A stretch of 64,000 nt of DNA from Octopus sinensis (taxonomy: Eukaryota): assembly GCF_006345805.1 (NCBI RefSeq), contig NC_043017.1, positions 19,158,001-19,222,000 of the forward strand, written 5' to 3'. The number at the start of each line of letters is the position of its first letter. The first letter of the stretch is position 1. The translations under genes were made by a program, and so were the position numbers. This document shows, piece by piece, positions 25,621 through 38,352 of this stretch. The notes beneath the pieces are model-generated. The model did no database searches and was not told where the DNA came from. It saw only the letters and a list, made by a program, of their open reading frames with translations.

Positions 25621-26127
25621 GGTGCTTGTCTGACCTGAAAATGACAAATGTAAGCTCTTTGGGTTGGCACAATTGGCTGTTGAATTTTCTGGAATAAATT
25701 TGATTATTTCGACTTGTTGCACTGTTTTCCAAGAATTACATGTCAATAATCTGAAACAAAAACAATTGGAAAAAACTAAATGTAAAAAAAAGTCGGTGCC
25801 CCAGCATGGCCGCTGTCAATTAACTGAAACAAGTAAAAGACAAAAGGTAGTTTAAAATGGTCTTGTGACTTTATATATAGACACATACACATGTGTGTAT
25901 ATGTCTATATGCCTGTGTGGTTTTTATGGGTTTTGTAATACAAAAACAGTATTGCTTTTATCTATCTTTGTTAGAAGTGTGTAAAGTTCTATAAATGCAA
26001 AAATGTTACTTGATATAAATGTATTAAATTAAATATGTTAATTTATATTTGTTGATAAAATATGTTAATATATAAATATGTTAATTCTTTTGTTTGTCTT
26101 TTTCTTTTTTCTTCCACTACCTTTTAG

Positions 26128-26259
26128 AACTTATTAGGTATCAGCAAGAAGACCATGCTTGTTTACTCGGCGTTCACAGGAATTCTTCTGTTTTCCATGT
26201 TATGTGTGATAGTTGCACTATATGATCCTTGCAATGGAAGATCCATTAGGGACAGTTTG
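26128..26259 (+). CDS. DIPK1: DIPK1/FAM69 coding exon A (signal-anchor TM). ATG at 26155; 5' boundary uncertain
   Basis: Polypyrimidine tract plus AG at 26126-27 and GTAAGT at 26260. Translates NLLGISKKTMLVYSAFTGILLFSMLCVIVALYDPCNGRSIRDSL and joins the next exon in phase 0. Confidence 0.7.
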
Positions 26260-26517
26260 GTAAGTAAACCATTCTTCTAGAATCACAAAATTTGTTGAAA
26301 TCTTTAACCTTTTACAGTATCAATTCAAAATTTCATTACCCTTAATCGCTGAAAGCAGCGTTATATATCAGTTTATCTGCTATTGATGAATGTCATATTT
26401 GAAACTACTTCTTGTTGAGGTATGTTAAGCTTATTGAGGCAATGTGACTTGCAGAAAATGCCAATTCCATTTTTTGGTAGATATTTAACATCATTACTGG
26501 AATCATCATCATCATAG

Positions 26518-26925
26518 GCGTAGGAGTGGCTGTATGGTAAGTAGCTTGCTTACGAACCATATGGTTTCGGGTTCAGTCCCACTGCGTGGCACCTTGGGCA
26601 AGTGTCTTCTGCTATAGCCTCAGGCCGACCAAAGCCTTGTGAATGGATTTGGTAGACGGAAACTGAACGAAGCCCGTCGTATATATGTATATATATATAT
26701 ATATATGTGTGTGTGAATGCGTTTGTGTATATGTTTGTGTGTCTGTGTTTGTCCCCCCAACATTGCTTGACAACCGATGCTGGTGCGTTTACGCACCTGT
26801 AACTTAAAAGAGACCGATAGAATAAGTACTAGGCTTACAAAGAATAAGTCCTGGGGTCAGTTTGCTTGACTAAAGGCGGTGCTCCAGCATGGCCACAGTC
26901 AAATGACTGAAACAAGTAAAGAGAG
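26518..26925 (+). mobile_element. SINE family A
   Basis: Full head-to-tail match to the other family A copies. Confidence 0.85.
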
Positions 26926-27969
26926 ATAAAGAGAGATTTAATGTCCATTTTCCATATCGGCATGGGTTAGATGGTTTGGCCAGAGCCGATAAACTGGAGC
27001 TGCCACTTCAGATTCCAGTCTCTTTTGGCCTGGTTTCTACAGCTGGATGCCCTTCCTAACACCAACCACTTTACAGTGTGGACTTGATGTCTTTTATATG
27101 TCACCCTTTACAAGGTACGGATACCCTTTACATGTCACCAGCATGGGTGCCCTTTACGTGTCACTGGCATGGGTGCCTTTTATGTGTCATTGGCACAGTG
27201 CCTTCTACACGTCACTGGCACAGGTGCCTTTTACATGTCATCAGCACAGGTCATGAAGTGTCTTCTTAAGCACAGCAAATCGCCAAAAGTCTTGGTCACT
27301 TGTCGTCACCTCTGTAAGACAACTCAAGATCATATTTCACCACTTCATCTCATGTCTTCCTGGTTGGTAGAATAACCACGAAATATTTTTATTTCACACT
27401 TAAAACGTTAAATGTCTGATGAGTGATTGTATATAGAATTATTGTCTTTTTTATTTCATGATTAACTTCATCATTAACTCCTTCTCATTGTGTTGACCAG
27501 CAGATGTTTAGTTTCAACATCAGCCACAACAATACTTAAGAAGGCCTGCAAAGGTCACAGACACTGCCTGCTCTCTCTCCCCTGTTGTCTAACTTGTACC
27601 TCCACCTCCAATGTGTTTTGTTCTCTTAAAACTGAAAAAGATCCCAGTTTGTTGAGAGCCCTTGCTTTTATTTTGTCTATTTTAACACTCTCCTTTGGCA
27701 AACATAAGGGTCAACGACAGCAACCTTATTGAAGAAGTTTTTCCAATTGATTTTGGAAAAGATCAATGTAACAACACCAGTTGACCAGCTGGACAGCTGC
27801 TCATCCATCATTGCAGAATACGGGGACTGCTTTGGTTCTCCCCCTTTTTTTTTTTTTTTATTCACATTGCTCTTCTTTTAACTGATTGTACTCCTTAGCA
27901 ATATTCTCTGGTGAAAACAGAGCAATCTCCTTGTTTTCTGACTTTCTTTTCTATTACTGATTCCAGTCA

Positions 27970-28405
27970 TTAACCTTTTTGTTACCAACCCAGCTGAAAC
28001 TGGCTCTGGCTCTGAGTATAAATGTCTTCTTTTCATAAATTAACCCTTTCATTACTGTATTTATTTTGAGATGCTCTGTGTTTCTGCCAATTATTTTAAA
28101 TATAACAAAGAATTTAGTAAAATAACATTGTTATCATTGAGCTAGTGTTAGGAACATAAATTGTGACTAAGATTTGGTGGAAGATTTGAATTCAAAACTT
28201 ATGAAAACAAGACATTTGTACTCAGAACCAGAGCCGGTTTCAGCTGGGTTGGTAATGAAAGGGTTAAATTAAAATCTTCCACCAAACCTTAGTCACAATT
28301 TATGTTCCTAACACTAGCTGAATGATAACTAAGTTATTTTACTAAATTCTATCTTATATTTGAAGTAATTGAAAGAAACACAGAGCATCTCAAAATAAAT
28401 ACAAT
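27970..28405. mobile_element. Nested piggyBac-type MITEs (inner 28044-28263 inserted in an oppositely oriented copy)
   Basis: Inner element reads TTAA-CCCTTTCATTAC...GTAATGAAAGGG-TTAA. The flanks are the two halves of the reverse-complement family sequence. Confidence 0.8.
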
Positions 28406-28514
28406 AATGCTGGGGCACACTTTACTTTTTAATGGTGTTTCTTTTCTTTCAATTTAAAATTCTGTTAAAAATGTTTTTTCTGTTTCACATTGTTTTGTTT
28501 TTGTTATTTTTCAG

Positions 28515-28622
28515 TGTGAATTGTATGAAGACGGAATGGTATCTGGTAGATTGTGTTATTCTTTGTGCAAAGAGAGAGTGCCGGTGTTGTCAAATTGCTT
28601 AAAACAGCAGCCAAACCTCAAG
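28515..28622 (+). CDS. DIPK1: DIPK1/FAM69 coding exon B (Cys-rich N-terminal domain)
   Basis: TTTTTCAG acceptor and GTATGT donor. CELYEDGMVSGRLCYSLCKERVPVLSNCLKQQPNLK matches the FAM69 C..Y..G...G..C..LC......C pattern. Confidence 0.9.
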
Positions 28623-29779
28623 GTATGTTAACTTTTGCACTCACATTTATAATGCAATTTCAATTGTGAAGGTGCATGAGCTGGTGGTTAGGGTTAGGGT
28701 TACCCACAATTGTAAGATTATACTTTTGAATCTTGGACTGGGCGGTGCATTGTGTTTTGAACAAAACCCTTCATTTCGCATTGCTTATCATCATCATCAT
28801 TCAAAGTTCTTCTTCCATGTTGGCATGGGTTGGATGGTTCTACACGAGCTGGCAAGCCAGAGGACTGCACCAAGCTCCACTGTTTTAGCATGGTTTTTAT
28901 GGCTGGATGCCCTTCCTAATGGCAACCTTTTTACATAGCACCAGCACTGGTGAGGTCTGTTTTGGCATGGTTTTCACAGCTGGGTGCCCTTCCTAATGCC
29001 AGTCAGTTTACAGAGTTCCTGTAATAGTTGGGAAGTTAACCCTGTGACAGACCAGCATCCCATTCAGGGAGGGGTAAGTGTTATAGTTTCAATCATATGC
29101 TGTGGAATCCAGTTCAAGTGCCAACCTTATGAGTCCTGTGGGTTCATGACAGACCTCCACCCCCACCGTCTACTACTTCAGCTGTTTATCAAAAACTAAC
29201 CAATACATTTTCCTACCATGTAGGCTGTCCATGAGTTAATGTTGCTCTCACATCTATGCATGTACATGTAGGACTGGATAAGACTTTTGAGGAAGACTAG
29301 TAGTTGCCCATGCGTATAATTCTGCCACCTCCATGTCATTTGATGTATGTCCAAAGGGAAAAAACAAGTTTTATTTAAAGACAGCCCTTTATCTGCATTG
29401 TCACTGCAACATGGAGTGAGACAGTTGGGCACAGCTGTTTGGAGGCTGAGGATTTGGCATGGCTGGTTGGCTATTCAGCTTGTTTTGGTGACAGGACTTG
29501 TTGGCACTGAAAGCACACGTATACACACAAGACACATGTATGCATGCGCACACAGAAATATACAAAGAGAGAGGGAAGGGGAAGAGAGAGAGGAAGGGGG
29601 AAGGAGGAGAGAGAGAGAAGAAGGGGAAGAGAGAGATATTACAATTTGTTAATTGAACACAAAGCACTTAATATCTCCTCATACTCATAAAGGTAAATAT
29701 GCTCATACATAAATACAGAGAGAGAGGGGGGGAGACATTACAATTTATTAATTGAACACGTTTCGACCTTGTGCTTGAG

Positions 29780-30135
29780 GAGATCCATTGAGTCAAGTAC
29801 ACCAACATCAAAATCAATGGAAACTGCAGTTGTGATCCCTGTGCTGGTGGCACGTAAAAAGCACCATCCGAATCGTGGCCGATGCCAGTACCGCCTTAAC
29901 TGGCTTCCGTGCCGGTGGCACGTAAGATGCACCAATCCAATCGTGGCCGGTGGCACGTAAAAAGCACCCACTACACTCACAGAGTGCTTGGCATTAGGAA
30001 GGGCATCCAGCTGTAGAAACACTGCCAGATCAGACTGGGCCTGGCACAGCCTTCTGGCTTCCCAGAACCCAGTTGAACCGTCTAACCCATGCTAGCATGG
30101 AAATTGGACGTTAAACGATGATGATGATGATGATG
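29780..30135 (+). mobile_element. VNTR-bearing retroposon copy
   Basis: Degenerate repeat units, conserved body, CCATGCTAGCATGG and a (GAT)n tail. Confidence 0.8.
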
Positions 30136-30385
30136 ACGAACACAAGGGACATAAGCATTTTCCCTCTGCTCCTGCACAGAAAGAGAAATATGCTCACAGA
30201 TATAAAGAGAGAGAAAGAAGCGGGGAGGGAGAATGAGAAAATCCTTGAAATGTCTGCTTATCAACCAACAAATTGGATCATTTGCAGCTAGTCTCTGTAT
30301 CTATTTTAGAGCAGGGGTCAGCTGACTTCTCATGTCATTGATAAGTTATCAACCCCGCCATCATGTGATTGCCATCATCATTTAA

Positions 30386-30605
30386 CCCTTTAGCATTCAG
30401 ATTATTCTGTAAAATGTAAAGCTTATGTATTCACACCATGTAAAATTAATCTTGCATCATTTCATGGCTTTGAGATTTCAATAATGTGATTCTTTATTTT
30501 CAGAATGACACAATAAGATAGCTATGAACAACCATATCTGACTAGTTTGAACATAAAATAGGTAGAATATTTTGGCCGGATATGGCCGGTTTAAACACTA
30601 AAGGG
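30386..30605. mobile_element. piggyBac-type MITE, second family
   Basis: TTAA-CCCTTTAG...CTAAAGGG-TTAA. Related copies at ~13230-13440 and ~47905-48125. Confidence 0.75.
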
Positions 30606-31976
30606 TTAACGTTCGTTTTCCATGATGGCTTAGATTGGACGGTTTGACAAGAGTTGGCAAGCTGTTTTGGCTTGGTTTTTATGGCTGGATGCTCTTCCTA
30701 ATGCCAACCATTTTACAGTGTGTACTGAGTGCACCATCATTGGTCCTGCATATGTGGTACCAGCATGGGTGCTTTTCATGTGGCACGAGGATGGGTGCTT
30801 TTGTACATCGCACTAGCATGGGTGTTCTTTTACGAGAATGTCTAAAATAAAATTAAAAAGTATAATTAATAAAAAAAATTTCTTGATTTAAAAACAATAG
30901 TCGCTTTGTTCCTTTGTGTCATTCCCATGGACTGATACTGCTTGGCACCAGTGTCACTGCAGGTGTCACCATCAGTATTCAGAAAGCTGGGACAAACACC
31001 ACAAGGCATCTTGTCCATTCCCCTAACAGTTCCCCTGAATTGGCCCTTTTTTTTAAATGACCCTGACAGAATAAAAGGTGAAGTTGACTTTGGTAGGATT
31101 TGAACTCAGAGTATAGAGAATCACAACAAATATATTGCTTTACCACCATAAATGTGGTGTTATTTATGAATGAGAAGTAGGCCAAGGAATATATACAATA
31201 TCGAACACACATACACAAGATACATGTTTTGTCAGTTTGTGGGCAGGCTGTGATTTATGAGCATGAGAGAAAATTTTCTCATCAATATGCCTGGTGTAAA
31301 AACACCCAGAAGTCATAGATAAGTACAATAGCTCATGCCAGGTCCCTTTGCAGGAGCGGTAGACATTCAATGTTTTGTCATCTTTGTGACTTATCGATCC
31401 CACATACGCAAAACAAGACCAGACATAAAGCTAAATTGCTTGCAACAGCTGCTTGCAAAGTGGTGTGAGAAAACCACGTACTGGTAAAACACATACCTTG
31501 TGTATGTGAAGGCGCATGGCTCAGTGGTTAGAGCATCGAGCTTACGATCGTGAGGTTGTGTGTTCGAATCCTGGACCGGGCTGCATGTTGTGTTTTTGAG
31601 CAAGACACTTTATTTCATGTTGCTCCAGTTCACTCAGCTGTAGAAATGAAAAAGCAGAAATAATATAAAAGAACAAAGTAATTGTTATTTTTGAATCAAA
31701 AAAATTTCTTTTTTGAAATATACTTTTTAATCTTACTTTAGACATTTACATGATGGTGGCTGATAAGTTATCAACGATTTCATAAAGGGGTCAATGACAT
31801 AAGAAGTTTGCAGACCCCCCACTCATAATAGATATAAGATTAACTGTGAATGATCCAACTTGTTGGTTAATAAGTAGATTAGGACCAACAGTGACAATAT
31901 GACCCAGAATGTAATGACCCAACAGATATGAGAAGTGTTGGCTCTATTAAAAAAAAACAAAACCTATACATAACTA

Positions 31977-32378
31977 GGCGCAGGAGTGGCTGTGTGGTAA
32001 GTAGCTTGCTAACCAACCACATGGTTCCGGTTTCAGTCTCACTGCGTGGCACCTTGGGCAAGTGTCTTCTGCTATAGCCTCGGGCCGACCAATGCCTTGT
32101 GAGTGGATTTGGTAGACGGAAACTGAAAGAAGCCTGTCATATATATGTATATATATATATGTGTGTGTGTTTGTGTGTCTGTGTTTGTCCCCCTAGCATT
32201 GCTTGACAACCGATGCTGGTGTGCTTATGTCCCCGTCGCTTAGCGGTTCGGCAAAAGAGACCGATAGAATAAGTACTGGGCTTACAAAGAATAAGTCCTG
32301 GGGTCGATTTGCTCGACTAAAGGCGGTGCTCCAGCATGGCCACGGTCAAATGACTGAAACAAGTAAAAGAGTAAAGAG
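31977..32378 (+). mobile_element. SINE family A, near-consensus copy
   Basis: GGCGCAGGAGTGGCTGTGTGGTAAG head, CACCTTGGGCAAGTGTC core, internal microsatellite and (A)AAGAGT tail. Confidence 0.9.
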
Positions 32379-32727
32379 TAAATAACTTAGGAAAACAAAG
32401 CAAATATAAATTGTCTTTAAATATAACTTGTTTCCATTTATGGATTAAACAGTTACAGCCTTCTTTCTCTCTGACTGTCACACCAGTGTTTTACTAGGTG
32501 TAGAGGTCAAAGGTCAAGAAATTGTTTGTGTCTGGTCATGAGTAATGAATACCTGAAAAAGAGTAAAGGTATGCTGAGTGTAAAGGTAAAGTATTTTCTG
32601 ATGGCAGGTGGCTGGTGGGACACCAACATTACAATTGAAAGAGTAATCTGAATGCTAATGAATAAAATAATTGTGCTCTTCTAGATTGAGTTCATTAATA
32701 ATTCAGTACTCTTTATGCTGTTGTTGT

Positions 32728-32755
<28 letters not shown>

Positions 32756-32759
<4 letters not shown>

Positions 32760-33071
32760 GCAGAAATACTCGGCCCTGTTCGGGATTAATATAGCATAGT
32801 TTTTTTTTTTTTATAGTTTTACTTATTTCAGTCATGTGACTGCAGACATGCTGGAGTACCACTTTGGTTGAAAAAAAAGAATCGACCACAGGATTGATTC
32901 TTTGTAAGCCTAGTACTTATTCTATCAGTGCCTTTTACGGAACCGCTAAGTTATGGGAACGTAAACACAGCAATATTGGTTGTCAAGCAATGGTGGGAGT
33001 ACAAACATACACACACAAATATACACATATATACAAGTCTTTCTACACACCTATATATGTATATATATATT

Positions 33072-33118
<47 letters not shown>

Positions 33119-33560
33119 CACACACACACATATATATACATATGCATATACACATGCATATACACATATACAAACACACATATATATACATATGCATATA
33201 CACATGCATATACACATATATACACACACATATATATACATACATATACGTATACATACGCATATACACATACATATATATATATATATATACATATACA
33301 TAAATATATATCTATATATATATATAAAACTGAGAATGTGTGTGTGTGTGTGGGGGGGTCTGTATGTCAGCATCACTAAAATTTGAGAACTACCCAACTG
33401 ATTTCATTCAAATTTTACACATGCTTTACTTAGGGTCCATGCAGTATCATGGGCCAAAAAAATCTTCGTCTTCACGCCTAATGCAAGCCCCGGAGCAATC
33501 TCTTATCTCTAACACTGTTTCAGTATCACATGTCAAAAGTGAAACAATAACATCTCTATT
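32756..33560. repeat. Helitron/HINE-like terminal motifs with SINE fragment and microsatellite
   Basis: TACTAGCAGAAATACTCGGCCCTGTTCGGG at 32756, and TATATAAAACTGAGAATGTG...GATTTCATTCAAATTTTACAC at ~33320-33420. Confidence 0.35.
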
Positions 33561-33954
33561 TATACTTTCACTATTATATGGTTTCAAGTTCAGTTATTTT
33601 CATTATGTATCTATATATATTAATTTCATTTCTATTACTTTCAATATGTTTTTATATACATATATGTGTGTGTGTGTGTCTGTATTATATTTTCGCCTGT
33701 TGCTATGTTCTGAGTTCAAATTCCACCGAGGTTGACTTAGCTACTTACCACACACCCACTCCTGTGCCTTATTATTATTATTATTATTATTATTATCATC
33801 ATCATCATAAATTCTAATGAGTTTGACTCATTCTGTTCTATAAATAAGTACTTCCTAATATTAGAGATAATTATTGCTTGATAACCATATTACAGACTGC
33901 TTATAGTTGTATGCTTTATTTTTCAAGTACAAAGTGAAAATCAAAATCGAAATC

Positions 33955-34297
33955 AAAAGTGTAATCGATCAACATCAATGGAATTTGTAGCTGTGATACC
34001 AGTGCCAGTGGCACATAAAAAGCACATCCAATCGTGGCCGTTGCCAGCCTCGTCTGGCCCGCGTGCCGGTGGCATGTAAAAAGTACCATCTGATCGTGGC
34101 CGTTTGCCAGCCTCGTCTGGCACGTAAAAAGCACCCACTACACTCACGGAGTGGTTGGCGTTAGGAAGGGCATCCAGCTCTAGAAACACTGCCAGATCAA
34201 ACTGGGCCTGGTGCAACCTTCTGGCTTCCCAGACCCCAGTTGAACCGTCCAACCCATGCTAGCATGGAGAGCGGATGTTAAACGATGATGATGATGA
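33955..34297 (+). mobile_element. VNTR-bearing retroposon copy
   Basis: Two repeat units, body, palindrome and (GAT)n tail. Confidence 0.85.
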
Positions 34298-34439
34298 AAG
34301 CTATCATCATACTGGGTTTGCCAAAAGTCATGCACGATATAAGTTCAGTACACTTCTTCCAACTCCTTTCCTACATATAGAACCATTTACCTGATAGAAA
34401 GAAAGTTTTATCTTCTTTCTTACTAACAACCGCATTTGT

Positions 34440-34925
34440 CTTTGCTAGGTTAACTTTAAGGCCCTTTGATTCCAGGTTTTGTTTCCATACCTGGAATTTA
34501 TTCTCCAATTCTGCTGAAGATTCTGCAATAAGAGCAAGCTCATCAGCATATAGCAGTTCCCATGGGAACTGCTATATGCTGATATTTTGAATTCCTCTGT
34601 TATGGCTTGGAGGACTATAATGAATAAGAGTGAGCTGAGAACTGAACCCTGGCGAACCCCTACCTGAACGCTAAATTCGTCACTGTATTCATGGCTGACT
34701 TTCACCTTACTGATAGCACCACTGTACATGGCTTGGACAACTTTAACAAGCCACTCGTCTACTCCTAACTTCCTTAGAGACCACCATATGTCTTTGTCAA
34801 AAGCTTTCTCCAGTTTGATGAAAGCTAAGTACAATGGCTTGCTTTTGGCCAAGTACTTTTCCTGCAGCTGTCTCACTAGGATGATGGCATTTATGGTACT
34901 CTTCCCAGGCACAAAACCAAATTGC
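34440..34925 (-). mobile_element. RTE-type LINE reverse transcriptase fragment
   Basis: Reads EMQFGFVPGKSTINAIILVRQLQEKY...LYLAFIKLEKAFD...GVRQGSVLSSLLF, covering RT motifs 2-4, truncated. Confidence 0.9.
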
Positions 34926-34951
34926 ATCTCACACACACACACACATGCACG

Positions 34952-34988
<37 letters not shown>

Positions 34989-35105
34989 TATGTATTACTG
35001 ATATATTATGAATTTAAGTAACCATTACCTTTTATTGTGTGTGTGCTTGTGCACTTAACATTCATTCTTACATTTTGATTTTGATTTTTGATTCTTTTCA
35101 AAAAG

Positions 35106-35324
35106 GAATTCTTATGGGGTCGTAATCTGTTGGTAAAAGTGAACATGGCTCCTGACAACACCAATGTCTTGGACACAGTTCTGTTGGAGCCATGGGAAGG
35201 AATCAAGCAGGATCAATTCACTCGAATGATCGATAAATACTTAAAAGAGCAGCTGGGCCCTGGAGACTATACAACAACTTTACATAAGATACTGAACTTT
35301 GGTGATTTCAATTCAAATGGATTG
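35106..35324 (+). CDS. DIPK1: DIPK1/FAM69 coding exon C (beta3 Lys region to first half of EF-hand loop)
   Basis: AAG acceptor and GTAAGT donor at 35325. 73 codons: EFLWGRNLLVKVN...LHKILNFGDFNSNGL. Confidence 0.85.
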
Positions 35325-35530
35325 GTAAGTCAGCTTTTTACTCTTTGGGTTAATTTTGAATGATTTCTGTTGTTATTTTTTCCATCTTTACTTATGAATG
35401 AATATTGGTTTTTATCTTCTACTTGTTTCAGTCATTAGACTGCGCCCATGCTAGAGCACTGGCTTGAAGAATTTTTAGTTGAATGAATTGACCCTAGTAC
35501 TTATTCAAGTGGTGATGGGGGACAAAACCA

Positions 35531-35574
<44 letters not shown>

Positions 35575-36943
35575 TGTGTATTTGTACATATGATGAGCTT
35601 CTTTCAGTTTCCGTCTGCCAAATCTACTCACAAAGCTTTGGTTGGCCCGAGGCTATAGCAGAAGACACTTGCCCAAGGTGCCACACATTGAGACTGAACC
35701 GTGAACTATGTGGTTGGGAATCAAGCTTCTTACCACATAGTCACGCCTGCACCTATGGCTGTGGTTAAGAAATTTATTTCCCAACCATGTGGTTTTACAT
35801 TCAGTCCCACTGTGTGGCGCTTTGCATGGGTGTCTTTTACTATAATCCTTAGGCTGACTAAACACTTGTGAGTTTGGTAGATGGAAGCCGAAAGAAATCT
35901 GCTGCACGTAAGGAAAAAGTAAAAAAGGTAAAATGCTGGCATGGGTTGGATGGTTTGACAAGAACACACGAGCCACAGGGCTTCACCAGGTTGTGTGTCT
36001 GCTTTGGCATGGTTTCTACAGCTGGATGCCCTTCTTAATGCCAACCACTTAGCAGAATGTACTGGATGTTTTTACGTGACACCAGTGTTGGTGAGGTCAC
36101 CAGGTGCTTGTAAGATAAGACACCTCAACTGAGTGGGATATAGACAGGAAGAATCAGAAACTATGATAGGGGATCTTGCTGAAGAGGTGAATTCATGGCT
36201 TAGCTACCTGGAAAGTGAGAGAGAGAGAGAGGTAAAGAGAGGTGAGGAGCTTGTACATGAATACGAGACGGAATAGGATGGAGGAGCAGGAAAGGTGGAT
36301 ATGTAGGTAAGTGCACCGAGTGAAAATAGTGTGACATGGCTATAGTAGAAGATACTTGTGTGGGTGTGTGTCATCATCATCTTCGTTTAGCATCCGCTTT
36401 CCATGCTAGCATGGGTTGGACGGTTCAACTGGGGTCTAGGAAGCCAGAAGGCTGCACCAGGCCCAGTCTGATCTGGCAATGTTTCTACGGCTGGATGCCC
36501 TTCCTAATGCCAACCACTCCATGAGTGTAGTGGGTGCTTTTTACGTGCCACTGGCACAGGTGCCAGACGAGGCTGGCAAATGGTCACGATCGGATAGTGC
36601 TTTTTACGTGCCACCGTCTGCAGAAAGTTGTCTATGCTTCACAGGAAAAAAAAAAAATCTCTGAATTATAAATAGCAAAGTTTGTTGTGAAGCAAGCCTT
36701 TTAATCATAACAGCCATGTTTGCCCCACTTTGAACAAAGAAAGTAAAAGAATTGTGCTGTTTGCCAAAAATTGAATTCAAAATATGAAATTAGATGTTTT
36801 TCCTGATCTATTTTCTATTTAATTCCTGTTTTAGAAAATATTGGTAAAAAAAAGTTTTGACATTATATAACTTCTTTTCTTTTTTTTCTCTTCTTTTTCA
36901 CCTTGGCAATTCATTTTACCATTGTTTTTTCCTACCTTTTCAG

Positions 36944-37651
36944 TTGACCTATGGTGAAGCACGATCTCTATGGAGTCTCTTACAGCACCGTGAATTTCTC
37001 CTATTGCTGCTTTTCCAAGACAACGACACATTCCCTCGTATTAATGGCACCTGTGGAAGTATCTATGCTGTGGAACATGTCGCAAACAACAAACTATTCA
37101 ATATGAAATCCAACAGCTGGCTCAGTATTTTTCTTTCAGATGCTTATCATTGGCAATTTCCAGTTTGGAAGAAAAGAGCCAAAATGTCTATTGGGATGAT
37201 CGAATTTATGATGGACATTTTTGAGAAGAATGGCGTCAATTATTACATGTGCAATATATTGCCAACATCTTTTGGCTACACCCCAAGATATGACATCAAA
37301 ATTATTGATATCTTGTCAGTAGTTTCCAAACACCATTTGAAAACAGAAATGTCTAATCGGTCTTGTTATACAGATGATGACTGTACCTTCTCTCACAACT
37401 GTAAAACTCAATGCAACCAAGAACTTAGAAAATGCTCTTCGGACCTTGTTGTACCCAACTTAAAAATCCTATGTGATCTCCTTATGGACTACTTAATGTA
37501 TGGTGCACCGAATCACATTACTGTAGATTTAGAACGGTTATTACACCAGTGCCAATCCCTTGATAATCGACAATTCAGTGCCGAGATGGACCATGCCGTC
37601 TTGTTGAATGACCTCCAGTTATTTATTTGGTCCCAAATAAAATATGGATGA
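36944..37651 (+). CDS. DIPK1: DIPK1/FAM69 terminal coding exon (kinase-like C-lobe)
   Basis: CCTTTTCAG acceptor. LTYGEARSLWSLLQHREFLLLLLFQD...PRINGTCGSIYAVE...CYTDDDCTFSHNCKTQCN...NLKILC matches the FAM69/PIP49_C pattern. Stop TGA at 37649-51. Confidence 0.92.
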   Translation: MTYGEARSLWSLLQHREFLLLLLFQDNDTFPRINGTCGSIYAVEHVANNKLFNMKSNSWLSIFLSDAYHWQFPVWKKRAKMSIGMIEFMMDIFEKNGVNYYMCNILPTSFGYTPRYDIKIIDILSVVSKHHLKTEMSNRSCYTDDDCTFSHNCKTQCNQELRKCSSDLVVPNLKILCDLLMDYLMYGAPNHITVDLERLLHQCQSLDNRQFSAEMDHAVLLNDLQLFIWSQIKYG

Positions 37652-38124
37652 TTCATTTTTTTTTTTATCCCCCAGTGGATTGGGTAGCTTGCATTCTGTT
37701 GTGATATAAAGACAATGGTTATGGATCGCATAACTATACGCCCTATTGTAAAAATACTGAAGAGGTGGTGCCCCAGCATGGTCGCGGCCTTCGGGCTAAA
37801 AACATTTTTAAGGATGGCAATAAAAAAGACAAAAACCAACATCCCTCAGGGAGCAAGAATTATTTTGGTCCAATATATTGCACTTTAATATACTCACTAC
37901 ATGTACATGTGCAATACATGTATATACCTGCTACATGTATATATTCGCTACATGAACCATTTGTCACATGATGATGTGGTCATTATTTATATAAGATTGT
38001 GAGTTCAGGAACTAAACTTTTTTTAGCAATCTTAATGAAATGCTGTAACATTTGGTTATTGTTATAATAACCCGCTTCCTATTGTTTCACACACACACAC
38101 CTCTGTACACTCACACATACATTG

Positions 38125-38352
38125 GTATTGGCAGAAACGTTAGCACGCCGGGCGAAATGCTTAGCGATATTTCGTCTGCGTTACGTTGTGAGTTCAAATT
38201 CCGCCGAGGTCGACTTTGCCTTTCATCCTTTCGGGGTCGATAAATTAAGTACCAGTTATGCACTGGGGTCGATGTAATCGACTTAATACCTATGTCTGTC
38301 CTTGTTTGTCCCCTCTGTGTTTAGCCCCTTGTGGGTAATAAAGAAATAGGTA
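38125..38352 (+). mobile_element. SINE family B
   Basis: Near-consensus body and tail. Confidence 0.85.

Noticed and set aside
27450-27860. Coding-like segment in a FAM69 intron
   Set aside because: There are stops in all frames examined and no recognisable domain. It is probably an old transposon relic.
29750-29790. ACGTTTCG (GAAACGU on -) as a hammerhead half
   Set aside because: There is no CUGANGA partner. It lies at the 5' junction of a retroposon copy.
31230-31400. Possible piggyBac transposase relic (PEVIDKYN)
   Set aside because: It is a single short motif without the following GGVD, and too degenerate to call.
36857-36943. N-terminal part of the 264-aa ORF as coding sequence
   Set aside because: It is the polypyrimidine tract of the intron. 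Homology starts after the CAG at 36943.
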